From NCBI RefSeq assembly GCF_006345805.1, contig NC_042997.1, positions 68,944,001 through 69,008,000 of the forward strand: a stretch of 64,000 bases of DNA, read 5' to 3'. Positions 51,710 to 63,834 of the stretch are shown one piece after another. Under the pieces are notes generated by a model. The model was not told the DNA's origin and did not search any database. It saw nothing but the letters and a program-made list of their open reading frames with translations. The translations under genes and the position numbers were made by a program. The first letter of the stretch is position 1; each line of letters opens with the position of its first letter. The stretch comes from Octopus sinensis (lineage: Eukaryota).

Positions 51710-53560
51710 TGTTATGTCGTGGGTATACACGTCTGGTCTAAAATGGTACTACAGAAATAAATAGTTGGTCGTGGTTATCTAAAAATAACTTAGAACGCAC
51801 TTGGACGTAGGTACGATACTCAATATTCATTGTTCAACAACCGATTATTAAAGCAACACACGTCCAGCTAACACGGTCAAACTAACATCAACAACTACCC
51901 CCACCGTCAGTTTACTCAGTTCTTATTTATTGTAATCGTTTAGTCCACTTTTCAGTCAAGTGGGAATGTTCAGGATTCTCCCATAACATCACTTTTTGAG
52001 AATTTCACTCCGCCCGGAGCTTAATATCTTTTGTATTTAGGGTTTATTTCAAGTACTTCTGTTCATTTAGTTTTTCTCGTACTTGAACCAGTAGTTTCCA
52101 CATTTCATTTAGGTGTTGGTACACCAAACGTATCATAAAAACTTCCATCGGAATTTCGTTTCTTCTGGCCGTTTCCTCAGTTGATTTATATGGCTCTTAT
52201 GTACGTAGTTGTGACCTTTTACCAAAAATAGCACTTTCCCAATCTGATTAGTAATCACTCTGCCATCCCACATTTCTTTACCGTTTTTATACATTTTGAA
52301 GAAAACTTTGTCAATAATTTTGAAAACTTTTGTATGCTATTTGTTGACCGAAATTTTTTTCTTCTTTTTTTTTTACCTGGTAACAATTTGTCGATCGCTG
52401 ATCTAATTTTCATAGAGAAAGCATTAATTCCGCGGGTAACATTCCAGACGGGGTATTGAGATTTGCTGTCTCTCGATAAACCCTAAAAGACTTGAAGTGT
52501 TAGGTCATCCATTATTTTATTGTTCGCTTTCTTTAAAGCCCTCTTATATATACTGACAAAACTCTCCACTTTTCCATCTGACCTAGGAAGATACGGCAGA
52601 GTTGTTACATTTTTGATTGAAGACATTTTACAGAATTTTTCAAATTCATCTGCAGTAAACTGAGTTCCATTCTCAGACACAGTGGTGTCAGGAATACCAT
52701 ATCTGGCGAGCAATTCGTATAAAAAACTTATAGTAAACGAGCATGTCGGTTTTTTCACACGTGTGTACTTCAGGTCACTTAGAAAAACTATCTACCACAT
52801 CAAGGTAATGTCCACCGTTAAGCGAACTTGCGAAATCAACTTGCAGCCTGGACCATGAGATATCTGTTTTTGGCCACAGTTTCCATTTTGTGGGAAGTGA
52901 TTTTCCTGGTAGAATGCAGCCGCTGCAAAACGCATGTTTTCATTTCTTTTTTCAGCACTGAAAATTCCTTTACATTTTTTCTTTTTTATAAATTCATCCT
53001 TCTCCGCTTTTAGCTTGATTTCTTCTAATGTAACTGGTAATCCTCGTACAACATTAAATAAAATATTTTAAATTTCATTTTCTGCTGTAATTAGAAGGGG
53101 TCCAGTATTTTTTGGTATCAATCTTGATGATCAGTGTATCCTAATTTCTTATATAGTATAAACTCCATCTTCAAATCGTAATTTAGTAATATAGTACCCC
53201 AGCGTTCGAACCATATATCGATAATAACGGACAATAGTCAGTCTGTAGTCGAAAGCTTCTACCGTGTAAGAATCTATGAAATGTTTTTGCGGCGAAAATA
53301 ATCGCTAGAGCGTCTTTTTCAATTTGGCTGAAATTTGTCTCTGCTAGTAGCATAGAACGCGAGGCATGGGCCACGGCTTTTTTCGCTTTACATCACTTTT
53401 AGTGAATTATTTAGTGGAACTCTTACCTTGTGCATATTTGGTATATAAGCCTGATTATAGTTTGCAAGTCCCCACTGATAATTCCCTCAGTTCTTATTTA
53501 TTGTAATCGGTTACTCCACCGTCAGTAACTTAGGGGTGTTGAGGAAATTCCCATAAAAGT
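51710..53560 (-). mobile_element. Deleted Ty3/Gypsy LTR retrotransposon (RNase H + integrase; LTR 51710-51988, LTR remnant about 53420-53560)
   Basis: AHASRS...NFSQIEKDALAIIF...LQTDYCPLLSIYG; RYGIPDTTVSENGTQFT...LPRSDGKVE; TGTTATG...CATAACA LTR ends; shared ctcagttcttatttattgtaatcg. Confidence 0.85.
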
Positions 53561-53642
53561 AAAATCTATCTATCAATCTATCTATCTATCTATCTATTTG
53601 TCTGTCTATACACTCATACACACACGTACAGGCTTATATATG

Positions 53643-53673
<31 letters not shown>

Positions 53674-55182
53674 TATATATATTAATACAAACTGGGACAA
53701 GAACGCAAAACATTTAGAAGACGATACAAAAAACACAGACGGGACATTCAAAGCCTTCACTCTTCAGTCAAGAACCCGATCATCCTCGCAATTTCGGCTG
53801 ATTAATCTTGAGATTACTCCAATCTGGCCAGCCCCAAGGAAAAACTAAGCTAGGCGCATTAGATTCCTTGGAAGAAAGCTTCGAATGTTTACAAAACAAG
53901 GACGGGTGACCGACCAGCCTATCAACCGTTGTTATACATCGCTGGTCACAGTACATACATACATATATGTACATATATATAAGTATATATATATATATAC
54001 TTATAACGAAGAGGAGAGTGGAGATAATATTTTGTATACCTTATTCGTCTGTTCTATATGTTTCGACTGCAGCGACTTCACATTGCTTTATATTCAATTA
54101 TGCATTATAGTCGTTGCAATTTCGTCAAGTGTCCATCACTCACTGATGTTTCAAAATGAACTAATTTAAACAAGCGTTCTGCGTTGGTATTCAGTTGAAG
54201 GTAAGAGCGTTACTAATTACAGTTGATGGAATGATGTTATAATAATCTCTGCTGGTATTACAGTTCAAGTGTAGTTTTTAAAATGTTTTTTCCGATTTCA
54301 ATTAATTTTAGCAATTCTGTTTACCTGTTGCCATATAGAGTGCATTATTTATTCAGAGGTATTTACTTATTTTGGGTTTATACCTTCAATTAATATTATT
54401 GTTATTATTATTATTAGTAGTAGTAGTAGTAATATTATTACTATAAATATCATTTATTATTATGATCATTATTGTAACTAACATAATTACTGTACATGGT
54501 GAGCTGTGTTTATTTAAACTGTTTAAAAGAATACCTTCTCACGTGTGGACATCTTTGGCCTGTTCCTGTCTTGTGTTTATAAGAGTAAATATGTATACTT
54601 GTACATACTTACAGATGTGTGTGCATGTGTGCCTATATGGATGTTGAATGTATGTATGTATATGTGTATCAATATATCAGCCCTATATTCTGTTGTTATT
54701 TACACTGAGGGTAAGGATGGATGCATGGGATCTGTATATAATACAAATATATATTTTATATTTACATTGAATTTCTGTACAATAAACATAAATTATGACA
54801 AAATATATACGACCGCTAATATTCTCAATATTTCAAGAATTACATATTTCCAAAGAGTTTACTTTGTTTGAAAATGTAAATAAATTCAGCTGATGCCAAT
54901 ACTTCAAAATTAAGAACCCTGTACAGGTTCTCACTTTGTTTTTTCTGCGCCAAAGATAATTATTGGGCCTCTACCAAAACGTTGAATAAATCGTTGTTTT
55001 TGCACTTTTTTCTCGTAGATTCCCCTGAATGGAAATCAATACAATATTTGATATGACAGCTCACAGGCCAAAAGCTTCCTGCAGAAATTGTCTTTGAATA
55101 GGCTCCATTGTGAATTTTATGATAAAGTGCAAAAAAATATTTAAAATGCATTCATAGAGGTTTACGTAGACAAGTAGTCCGA

Positions 55183-55405
55183 GCCACGATTTTCATATCT
55201 GCAATCCTTCAGTACACCCTCTCATATCTACCATCAAAGGTCTCAAGCCCTACCCAATTGTCTCCCTAGTTATTATTGCCACCTATCTCTATGAATGTAC
55301 ATCACTTTGCACACCATCCCTTACATCCTGAGCCACTTTTATTTCGCCCCTCCGCCTCACGTTTATGCCGGCATTGCCCATTAACCACACTTTCAGCCTG
55401 GTTCA
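55183..55405 (+). repeat. 223-bp inverted duplicate of 59099-59321 (unidentified repeat)
   Basis: About 6 mismatches by manual alignment. Confidence 0.85.
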
Positions 55406-55639
55406 ATCTGGTACGAAATTACCCCCATTGAGCATAATGCATAGATTCAGCAAAAAACAATTACCTTTTGGCTGTGTGTGTCTCTAATCAACTTACTAGG
55501 TTTTATATTTCTCTTCAAAAACGGAAGGAAGCTTCAAGGATCGTTGCTGAATTGCGAATTTAAATTAGTATAAATTAGTACATACATAGACATACTCTTG
55601 AAAATTACATTTATGCTTATGTATAAAATTAAAATAAGA

Positions 55640-55680
<41 letters not shown>

Positions 55681-55885
55681 GGGAGAGAGAGGTATATAAA
55701 TAGAGAAATAAATGTAAGGATAAGTAAGTAAGGTAGCACATATGAAGAATATTAAATACATTAAGTACAACGTATATATTTTCGACCTGCCTAACTTGGG
55801 CACTACTAACTGTATTCTGTACGGTGAATTTCTAATTCTCCTCTATGAACTCTAAATATATAAATATAAATATATATGTTGTATT

Positions 55886-55922
<37 letters not shown>

Positions 55923-55932
55923 TATATATATA

Positions 55933-55979
<47 letters not shown>

Positions 55980-56219
55980 GATGTTGAACTTAAAAATGGT
56001 CTATGACTATTTAATTTTTTCCCACTAGGCCGCTGGTGGCAAAAAAATTCTACAAAATTTTTTGCCACCCTATATTGATTAATTATGAATTGTCTGGTTA
56101 ATTCCGTAATGGAATCGGCGGCTTATATTTATTTGCTGCCGATAAATTTGGCGCGAGTGCGATGATTTGAAAATTTTAGGTCAGAAATGCCTCGTGAAAA
56201 TATCTGTTCCGATCTGGCT

Positions 56220-56326
56220 ATTTCTTACTGACGAATCTAAGGGCCTATGGAAGATTGGCTTGATTTAATTTAATCAGGTTAGTTTACCATTAAACAGTAG
56301 ATGAAACGGTGCATCGTATAAGAAAT
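56220..56326 (+). ncRNA. Type I hammerhead ribozyme, copy 1 (predicted cleavage after GUA at 56318)
   Basis: Stem I AUUUCUUA/UAAGAAAU; CUGACGA; stem II AUCUA/UAGAU; GAAA; stem III ACGG/UCGU with loop UGCA. Confidence 0.8.
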
Positions 56327-56706
56327 TACAGGGTAAATGTTTTTTAATTTTCTCCTGGTTTACGGAATTGATGTTATTTTGCGGTTGAAGCTTTGGCTGT
56401 TATTTCTAGTGGGTGAATGGCCTATTATGGCCGTTCCTTGATTGTGATGTTGAACTTAAAAATGGTCTATGACTATTTAATTTTTTCCCACTAGGCCGCT
56501 GGTGGCAAAAAAATTCTACAAAATTTTTTGCCACCCTATATTGATTAATTATGAATTGTCTGGTTAATTCCGTAATGGAATCGGCGGCTTATATTTATTT
56601 GCTGCCGATAAATTTGGCGCGAGTGCGATGATTTGAAAATTTTAGGTCAGATATTGCCGAGGCAGGGACAGAAATGCCTCGTGAAAATATCTGTTCCGAT
56701 CTGGCT

Positions 56707-56813
56707 ATTTCTTACTGACGAATCTAAGGGCCTATGGAAGATTGGCTTGATTTAATTTAATCAGGTTAGTTTACCATTAAACAGTAGATGAAACGGTGCA
56801 TCGTATAAGAAAT
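56707..56813 (+). ncRNA. Type I hammerhead ribozyme, copy 2 (predicted cleavage after 56805)
   Basis: Identical to copy 1, offset by 487 nt. Confidence 0.8.
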
Positions 56814-57625
56814 TACAGGGTAAATGTTTTTTAATTTTCTCCTGGTTTACGGAATTGATGTTATTTTGCGGTTGAAGCTTTGGCTGTTATTTCTAGTGGG
56901 TGGATGGCCTATTATGGCCGTTCCTTGATTGTGATGTTGAACTTAAAAATGGTCTATGACTATTTAATTTTTTCCCACTAGGCCGCTGGTGGCAAAAAAA
57001 TTCTACAAAATTTTTTGCCACCCTATATTGATTAATTATATATATATATATATATACATAATTATATATATTTTGTCTTGTTTCAGTTATTAAATTGCGG
57101 CTATGTAGGGTTTCCACCTTGGGATCATAGTCAGTGGCTCGGCATCATTACCACTACCGATTATGGAACAATGGAAAGAAATCACCGGATATCGATTGCT
57201 TGAGTGAAATAGGGTTGAATCTGACCAATTCACTTGATGGACCCAGATTTCTAGCTCAGTGTTTTAAACACTGCCAAGTAACTTTATGTATATAATCACC
57301 ATGTATATTCTCTTCCATGCTGATATGAGTTGGATGATTTGACAAGTTCTGGCGGTCATATGGCCGTGTCAAGCTCCAGGGTCAGCTTTGGCATGGTTTC
57401 TACAGCTGTATACTCTTCCCAATGACAACTAATTTGCAGTGAGTACTGGTGCTGGTTTCTTTTTCATGCTACCGAGTGACTTACAAGACTTGAAAGAGAA
57501 AGGAAAAGTCTTTTCGATTGAGTAACGTTGTATTTGTTGGAGAGGTAGGTCGCTTTATGCCAGGTGCTCAGATATTCAAGTATGAAAAAGGACAAACTCA
57601 AGTGCCTTCCTATTGAGAGAATATA

Positions 57626-58878
57626 AGAGGGACGTTCAATAAGTAATGCCCCTAACCCATTTGTAGTTATTTGATCTAGCTGAAAGTTTACATGTGCAAT
57701 TATTTATATCTCTATAGATTACAGCTCTGAACTAATTGTGGTTTCTGATTTAAAGGTGTTTTAACTGAGTCAAGTGTGAAATGGAGCCTGTTGAGTGTCG
57801 AGCAGTGATCCGCTTTTTGTATTTGAAAGGACGCACACCACGGCAGACTTTTGATGAAATGAAAGTAACTTATGGCGATGATGCCCCATCATATGATCTT
57901 GTAAAACGCTGGCATCGTGAATTCAAACATGGTCGGAACTCTGTGGAAACAGCTCCCAGATCTGGTCGCCCCCACTTCTGTCATTGATGAGGCATCTGTC
58001 CGTCAAGTTGAGGCTGCCATTTTGGAAGATCGACGCATTACTATTCGCCAAATAGCCCATGAGGTCAAGATTAGTACCGGGTCTGTGGAAACTATCATTC
58101 ATGACCATTTGCATATGCAAAAGGTGTCTGCCAGATGGATTCGCAGGTTGCTCACACCTTTCCAGAAGTAAAAACGCATCGAGTGCTCGAGGTTGAATTT
58201 GGAGATGTGCCAAGAAGATGAGTCAAAATTTTTCAAAAGACTGATTACACAGGATGAAACTTGGGTCCATCACTATGATCCAGAGACCGAAGCCCAGTCA
58301 ATGCAGTGGGAGCACCGTGACTTACCTCCTCCAAAGAAGGCAAGGGTGCAGCCCTCCGCTGGCAAGGTCATGCTCACAGTCTTCTGGGACCAGGACGGAG
58401 TAGTGATGAAAGATTTCCTGGCTAAGGGCACCACAATTACATGAGCCTATTATGCTTCACCTTTAAGGAAATTAAGAGAAGCTATCAAAATCAAGAGGCG
58501 AGGCAAGATCAGCAAAGGTCCACAACTCGCGTGTCGCCAGATCAGAAGCACAGGCGTGCGGCTATGAACTCCTCCCCCATCCCCCCTACTCTCCTAACCT
58601 TGCACCCTCTGATTTTCACCTCTTCCCAGCCATGAAGTTGTTTTTGAAAGGCAAGCGTTTCCCAGATGATGCAGCCTTGATTTCTGAGTCACGTCATGGT
58701 TGGAGGACCAAGCTGGGGGTCTTCTACAAAAACGGTATCCAGGGCTGCATCAAACGATGGGAGAAATGCGTAACTCTGGGTGGTTCCTATGTAGAAAAAG
58801 ACTAATAACTGTGCCAAGTTTCGTTGCTCTACTGCTATGGGAAGTGGGTCAGGAGCATTACTTATTGAACGCCCCTCG
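57626..58878 (+). mobile_element. Full-length mariner, same family as 30868-32102; disrupted transposase
   Basis: TIRs and TA flanks; MEPVECRAVIRFLYLKG, RLITQDETWVHHYDPE, PPYSPNLAPSDFHLFP. Confidence 0.95.
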
Positions 58879-59699
58879 TATGTTTACTTCACATTACTTC
58901 ACATTCCGTAAGGATAGGCGGGAGTAGCTCGAAAGTAGATGCTGGTGATGTGGTAATTGTGCAAATTCTCAAGATACAAGATGTGTATGAGAGAATGTAG
59001 ACAGTGTATCCTGGAGAAGGGAAATTTTATAAGAGTGAAAGAAGAGAGTAATAGATGGTTAGGTGAGAGACGTGGGTTGAGTGAAATACAGTGAGATATG
59101 AACCAGGCTGAAAGTGTGGTTAATGGGCAATGCCGGCATACACGTGAGGCGGAGGGGCGAAATGAAAGTGGCTCAGGATGTAAGGGATGGTGTTCAAGGT
59201 GTTGTACATTCACAGAGATAGGTGGCAATAATAACTAGGGAGACAATTGGGTAGGGCTTGAGACCTTTGATGGTAGATATGAGAGGGTGTACTGAAGGAT
59301 TGCAGATATGAAAATCGTGGCACAGACGAGAGTGATAGATAACTGAAGTGACAAAATGAGTTGTTCAGTAATATAGTGTGGAAAGGGATGATAATGAAAA
59401 TGAATAATCATTTGCTAGCACAGTAGTACATATTCAAATTTGATTCCCTACTGGAGCTATTTCACCTACGCTGTTGAACTTAGCAAATGAACGAAATATA
59501 TAACCGTTATTAACTTACCTATGAAATATTTCACTAAAATCGTTGCACGATTGAACATCCATATTACAACAGAAATTACAAAATACCTTTCTCATTAATC
59601 TTTTTAGAACAAGCAGATTAATATCAGGGTAGTTACATCTAGAATTATTCAATTTGGTTAATATGCTTACTTAAAACACACACATATCATCAAGTTTAG

Positions 59700-60020
59700 G
59701 CAGTGGGGTAACTTTGGAACTTTGGTTATCGTAGTAGCGTTGCTGAACCATGAAAAAACGTGTCAGATGAACAATACACCTACTCATAGAAAGTCCTCTC
59801 GGAAAAGATGCACGGCTGTCCGTTGAAAGTTACCCCGCCAACCCTAGTTGTTGCTAGTTCCTATTTTCAGCTGAGTGGACAGCTATGAGCAATGTAAAAT
59901 GGATTGCCTTGCTCAAGGACAAAACTTGCCATTTGGTCTGCGAATTAAACCTCCATTCTTATAATAATAACCCAAACATCTGATATATATATATGTGTGT
60001 GTGTGTGTGTATGTGTATGT

Positions 60021-60074
<54 letters not shown>

Positions 60075-60330
60075 TGTGTTTGTGTATGTATACTCCGTCG
60101 GTTACGATGATGAGGCTCCCAGCTGATACGAGCAACGGAACAGCTTGCACGTGAAATTCACGTGCAAGTGGCTGAACACTCCACAGACGCCCCTACACTT
60201 AACGTAGTTCTCAAGGAGAGTCATCCTGACGCAGAGTATCACAAGGCTGGCCCTTTGAAATACAGGTACTACTCATTTTGCCAACTGAGTGGACTGGAGT
60301 AATGTGAAGTAGTGCCTTGCTCAAGGACGA
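59700..60330 (-). mobile_element. Two SINE family C copies (59700-59960, 60095-60330) separated by (TG)n
   Basis: ctgagtggac...gccttgctcaaggac in both. Confidence 0.7.
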
Positions 60331-60510
60331 TATATGTCAGTATTTGTATATATTTGCGCTCTTCTTACAACATTAGGAGAATTTAAAATCATATTTCTAG
60401 CAATGTTGGTGCTTCGACACCGTTAGTCACACTTAGTGGCGATTGAATTCATATAAGTACAGAGAAAGAGAGCGCTCGATAGACACACACACAATATGTA
60501 TATGTATGTA

Positions 60511-60602
<92 letters not shown>

Positions 60603-60603
<1 letters not shown>

Positions 60604-61698
60604 AGCTGCCTCTTTGCGTTGCGTTTATAGATTATGAGAAGGTCTTCGATAGCGTCGAAACCAACGCAGTGCTGAACTCGCTGCAGAGGCAAGGAATCGA
60701 AGCCCAATATATGCAACTGCTCAGAGAAGCAAATTCCGGATGCACCACCGACATAGCTCTACTGACATCACCCATACGAGTGCCGGTCGAGAAGGGAGTG
60801 AAGCAAGGAGATACAATCTCCCCAAAATTTTTCACTGCATGTCTCGAACAGATTATCAGAGGCATCGATTGGCAAGGTGGTGTCAACATCAATGGCGAGC
60901 TCCTCACTCACCTCCGTTTCGCTGACGACATCATACTCATCGCTGAAAACATGGATCAGCTTCAGACCATGCTGACGGAGCTCGACATCAAAAGTTCTGC
61001 AATAGGTCTCAAGATGAACTGCATGAAAACAAAGTTCATGCGGTCAGACGATGTACCAACAGGTCGAATGGTGATCGGCAGTGATGAAATAGAGGAGGTG
61101 AGGAAATATGTCTACCTGGGACAGGAAGTAAATATGTACCGGGATATCAAAAAGGAGATCTCACGGAGAGTAAGGGCCGGATGGAAGGCGTTCAATGGCA
61201 TAAGGGATGTGCTCAAGGGAAGCTTGGATAGTACCACCCGCACCAACCTCATTAACAGTGCAGTTCTGCCTGCAATGTTATATGGTAGTGAAACATGGGC
61301 TACCACAAAGATAGAAGAGCAAAGACTGGTAACGGCTCAAAGAGCCATGGAAAGGTCAATGCTTGGTATCTCGTTTAGAGAGCACATAAGTAGCAAGATC
61401 ATCAGAAAGAAGTCCGGCGTGAGAGATGTCATCGCAGAGTATACACGCAGCAAGTATAGATGGGCTGGACACGTCGCCCGTGCACCGCTAATCGGTGGAC
61501 TCACTCAGTTGACGAGTGGTACCCACGTGAGCGGAAAAGACCACCCGGAAGACCTCCATGACGGCGGAGTTACGATTTCAGGAGGACGATTGGGATCGCG
61601 TGGATGAGAAAGGCGCGATCCAGAGAGGCGTGGACAGCGTGCTGTGACCAGCGGTGCCAAATGGACGCCTGACGGACTGGTCTGTCAAGGTGATCAAG

Positions 61699-61706
<8 letters not shown>
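60603..61706 (+). mobile_element. 5'-truncated RTE-clade LINE with near-intact RT; late frameshift near 61480
   Basis: FIDYEKVFDSV, GVKQGDTISPK, HLRFADDI, YVYLGQ, MLYGSETW, RWAGHVAR; tail caaggtgatcaaggtgat; (TA)n on both sides. Confidence 0.93.
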
Positions 61707-61744
<38 letters not shown>

Positions 61745-62734
61745 ATATGTATGTATGTATGTATATTATGTACATATATATCATATAACGTTTTTTCAAA
61801 CAATATTAATAGCGTTCAGTAAATCACTATACATATCCATCAATTTCTGTTAAAATGTGTTGTTGACGTGTTTCATTTTTTCACTTCCCCGAAGAGAAGA
61901 TTACATTGTTTTACACCATTTATTCCTTTGGGATAATATCAGTGATATCTTCGAAACATGTGTCGGAAGTAAAAGTATTTGAATTATACCTATGTTAAAC
62001 CTCATTTATATATATATATATATACCAAAAAATTAATTTACGAAGGTGTCATTAATTCTATTATTATCCAATGTAACTATTTTAAAAATGATAATAACAG
62101 AATCAATGACAGGCGATAGCAGACCAAAAAATAGCATTAAATAGCCGAGGGATTAAAATTAATCAAAGGACATACTAAGTATGACTACCTGCTAGAAATA
62201 ACAGTCAAAACTCTTATTAAATCGCCAAAAATACACTGATGAATACTACAGAAATCAAGCGAAGACAAAATGAGGTTAAGACAATCTACTAAGTTACATT
62301 TAAGTATTTGGACTCACGCGGACCGGTTTCTGCATTGGTAAAATAAAACCTTAGCTTCTTCAGCACGTGTTACCATGATTAGAGACTTCCAACCTGTCGC
62401 TTCGAAGACTGTGCTGCAACTGATTCGTTTCGCGAAATCATAACAGCCACCAGTGTAAAATAATCTCGATACAATTTTCGAGAAAAATAATTCACCAAAA
62501 ATCATGGCTGTTATGATTTCGGCGCTCTTCAATTTATTTGTGTATAACTTCTGGATGAGTTACCTCGGTCCTATATAGTCTTAACAAAAAATGAAGTAGA
62601 CTGACATGTAATCTTGAATATGTGGAAGGCACGCTAGATGCCGAAATATTCTTCAACAAATTTCACATGATATGGCACTCTTCTATTTATTTGTGTATAA
62701 CTTCTGGTTGAGTTACCTCGGTCCTATATAGACT

Positions 62735-62765
62735 TAATAATAATAATATAATAATAATAATAATA

Positions 62766-62827
<62 letters not shown>
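62735..62827. repeat. (TAA)n/(TTA)n microsatellite
   Basis: Direct reading. Confidence 0.95.
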
Positions 62828-63834
62828 GACACACTCACGCACATATATATGTACACGCGCACTCACGCACGTAATTACATGCATGTGTATACATGCTTTC
62901 CATCACACATGCTCATATATAACATACATAAAAACATGCAATATATACTTATTTGTATACGTATGTGTTATAGTGTGTTTTAGTCTACACTGAATGATCG
63001 CAAATGTCACATTTAAAAGAGGTTTTGCAACAAACGTAATTTATAGGCAGGATATATCAAAGTGGATACTGCAACAAAACATAAAACCAGTTGAACGTGA
63101 AGTAGCTACTTTCTGTTCCTCATACCTGTTTTATGAAGGTAACCTTACGCTTATCCGGTTAAGTACTCGTTGCAGACAACATAACACAATCATAAACTAT
63201 CCCTTCTCACAGATATACATACACAGTTGCAAGTACAAACAAAAGAAAATAGTACTCAATACATGTATCAGAGTTCATCATTAACGTTAATCGTTAAGTG
63301 ATTCAACTGAGATTCACTTACATTAGATTGATCTGTTTTAGTTGTCAAATTAAGTTCATACGTGCATAAATATATATATGCACATACATTGATACACGCA
63401 CATACACATGTGTGTGCTCCCCCCATCCCACATTAATCAATGAAATTCCAACTAAGTTTCATGTTCACGTTATATCAATTTTAATGTTTACAATTTTAAA
63501 GCTTTGAAATAAACCAGTACTCTCATGAGTTACGCATTAATCAAGTTTATGTGGAGAACGATTGACAACTGTAGTGAAATGCTTGGATTTAGCCTTTTAA
63601 TACCTTCCGATGGATTCCAGCAGGCTGTCTTACGAACAGTATTTTGACGAAGGCTTAGATGTCACGGTATAGTGAGTGCGCTAAGTAAGTTTTAACTGTA
63701 TTTCAAGCAATCAGTATGTGGCTTAGACGTCACGGTTTCGTGGGCACGTCAAGGATTCCTTACTGTGACTGCACCTATAGAAATAATTATTTGGCTATAA
63801 TTCGGAATGTTGTAAAAAACATTCCTGTAACCAT

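Larger units (their letters stand above)
55975..57039 (+). mobile_element. Retrozyme-like tandem array (466 + 487 + about 112 nt) inside (TA)n
   Basis: Near-identical head-to-tail units start at 55975, 56441 and 56928; each full unit has a hammerhead fold. Confidence 0.8.

Noticed and set aside
55975-57039. CRISPR array or Helitron tandem as alternative readings of the array
   Set aside because: No repeat-spacer structure; no Helitron TC...CTRR ends recognised; the complete hammerhead fold explains it better, although rolling-circle DNA amplification is not formally excluded.
59518-59638. Minus-strand exon-like segment with a gtaagt donor
   Set aside because: Weak acceptor, no homolog recognised, and upstream of the candidate promoter.
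60669-61607. 312-aa ORF as a host or domesticated gene
   Set aside because: It is 5'-truncated RTE RT with a late frameshift and a retroelement tail.
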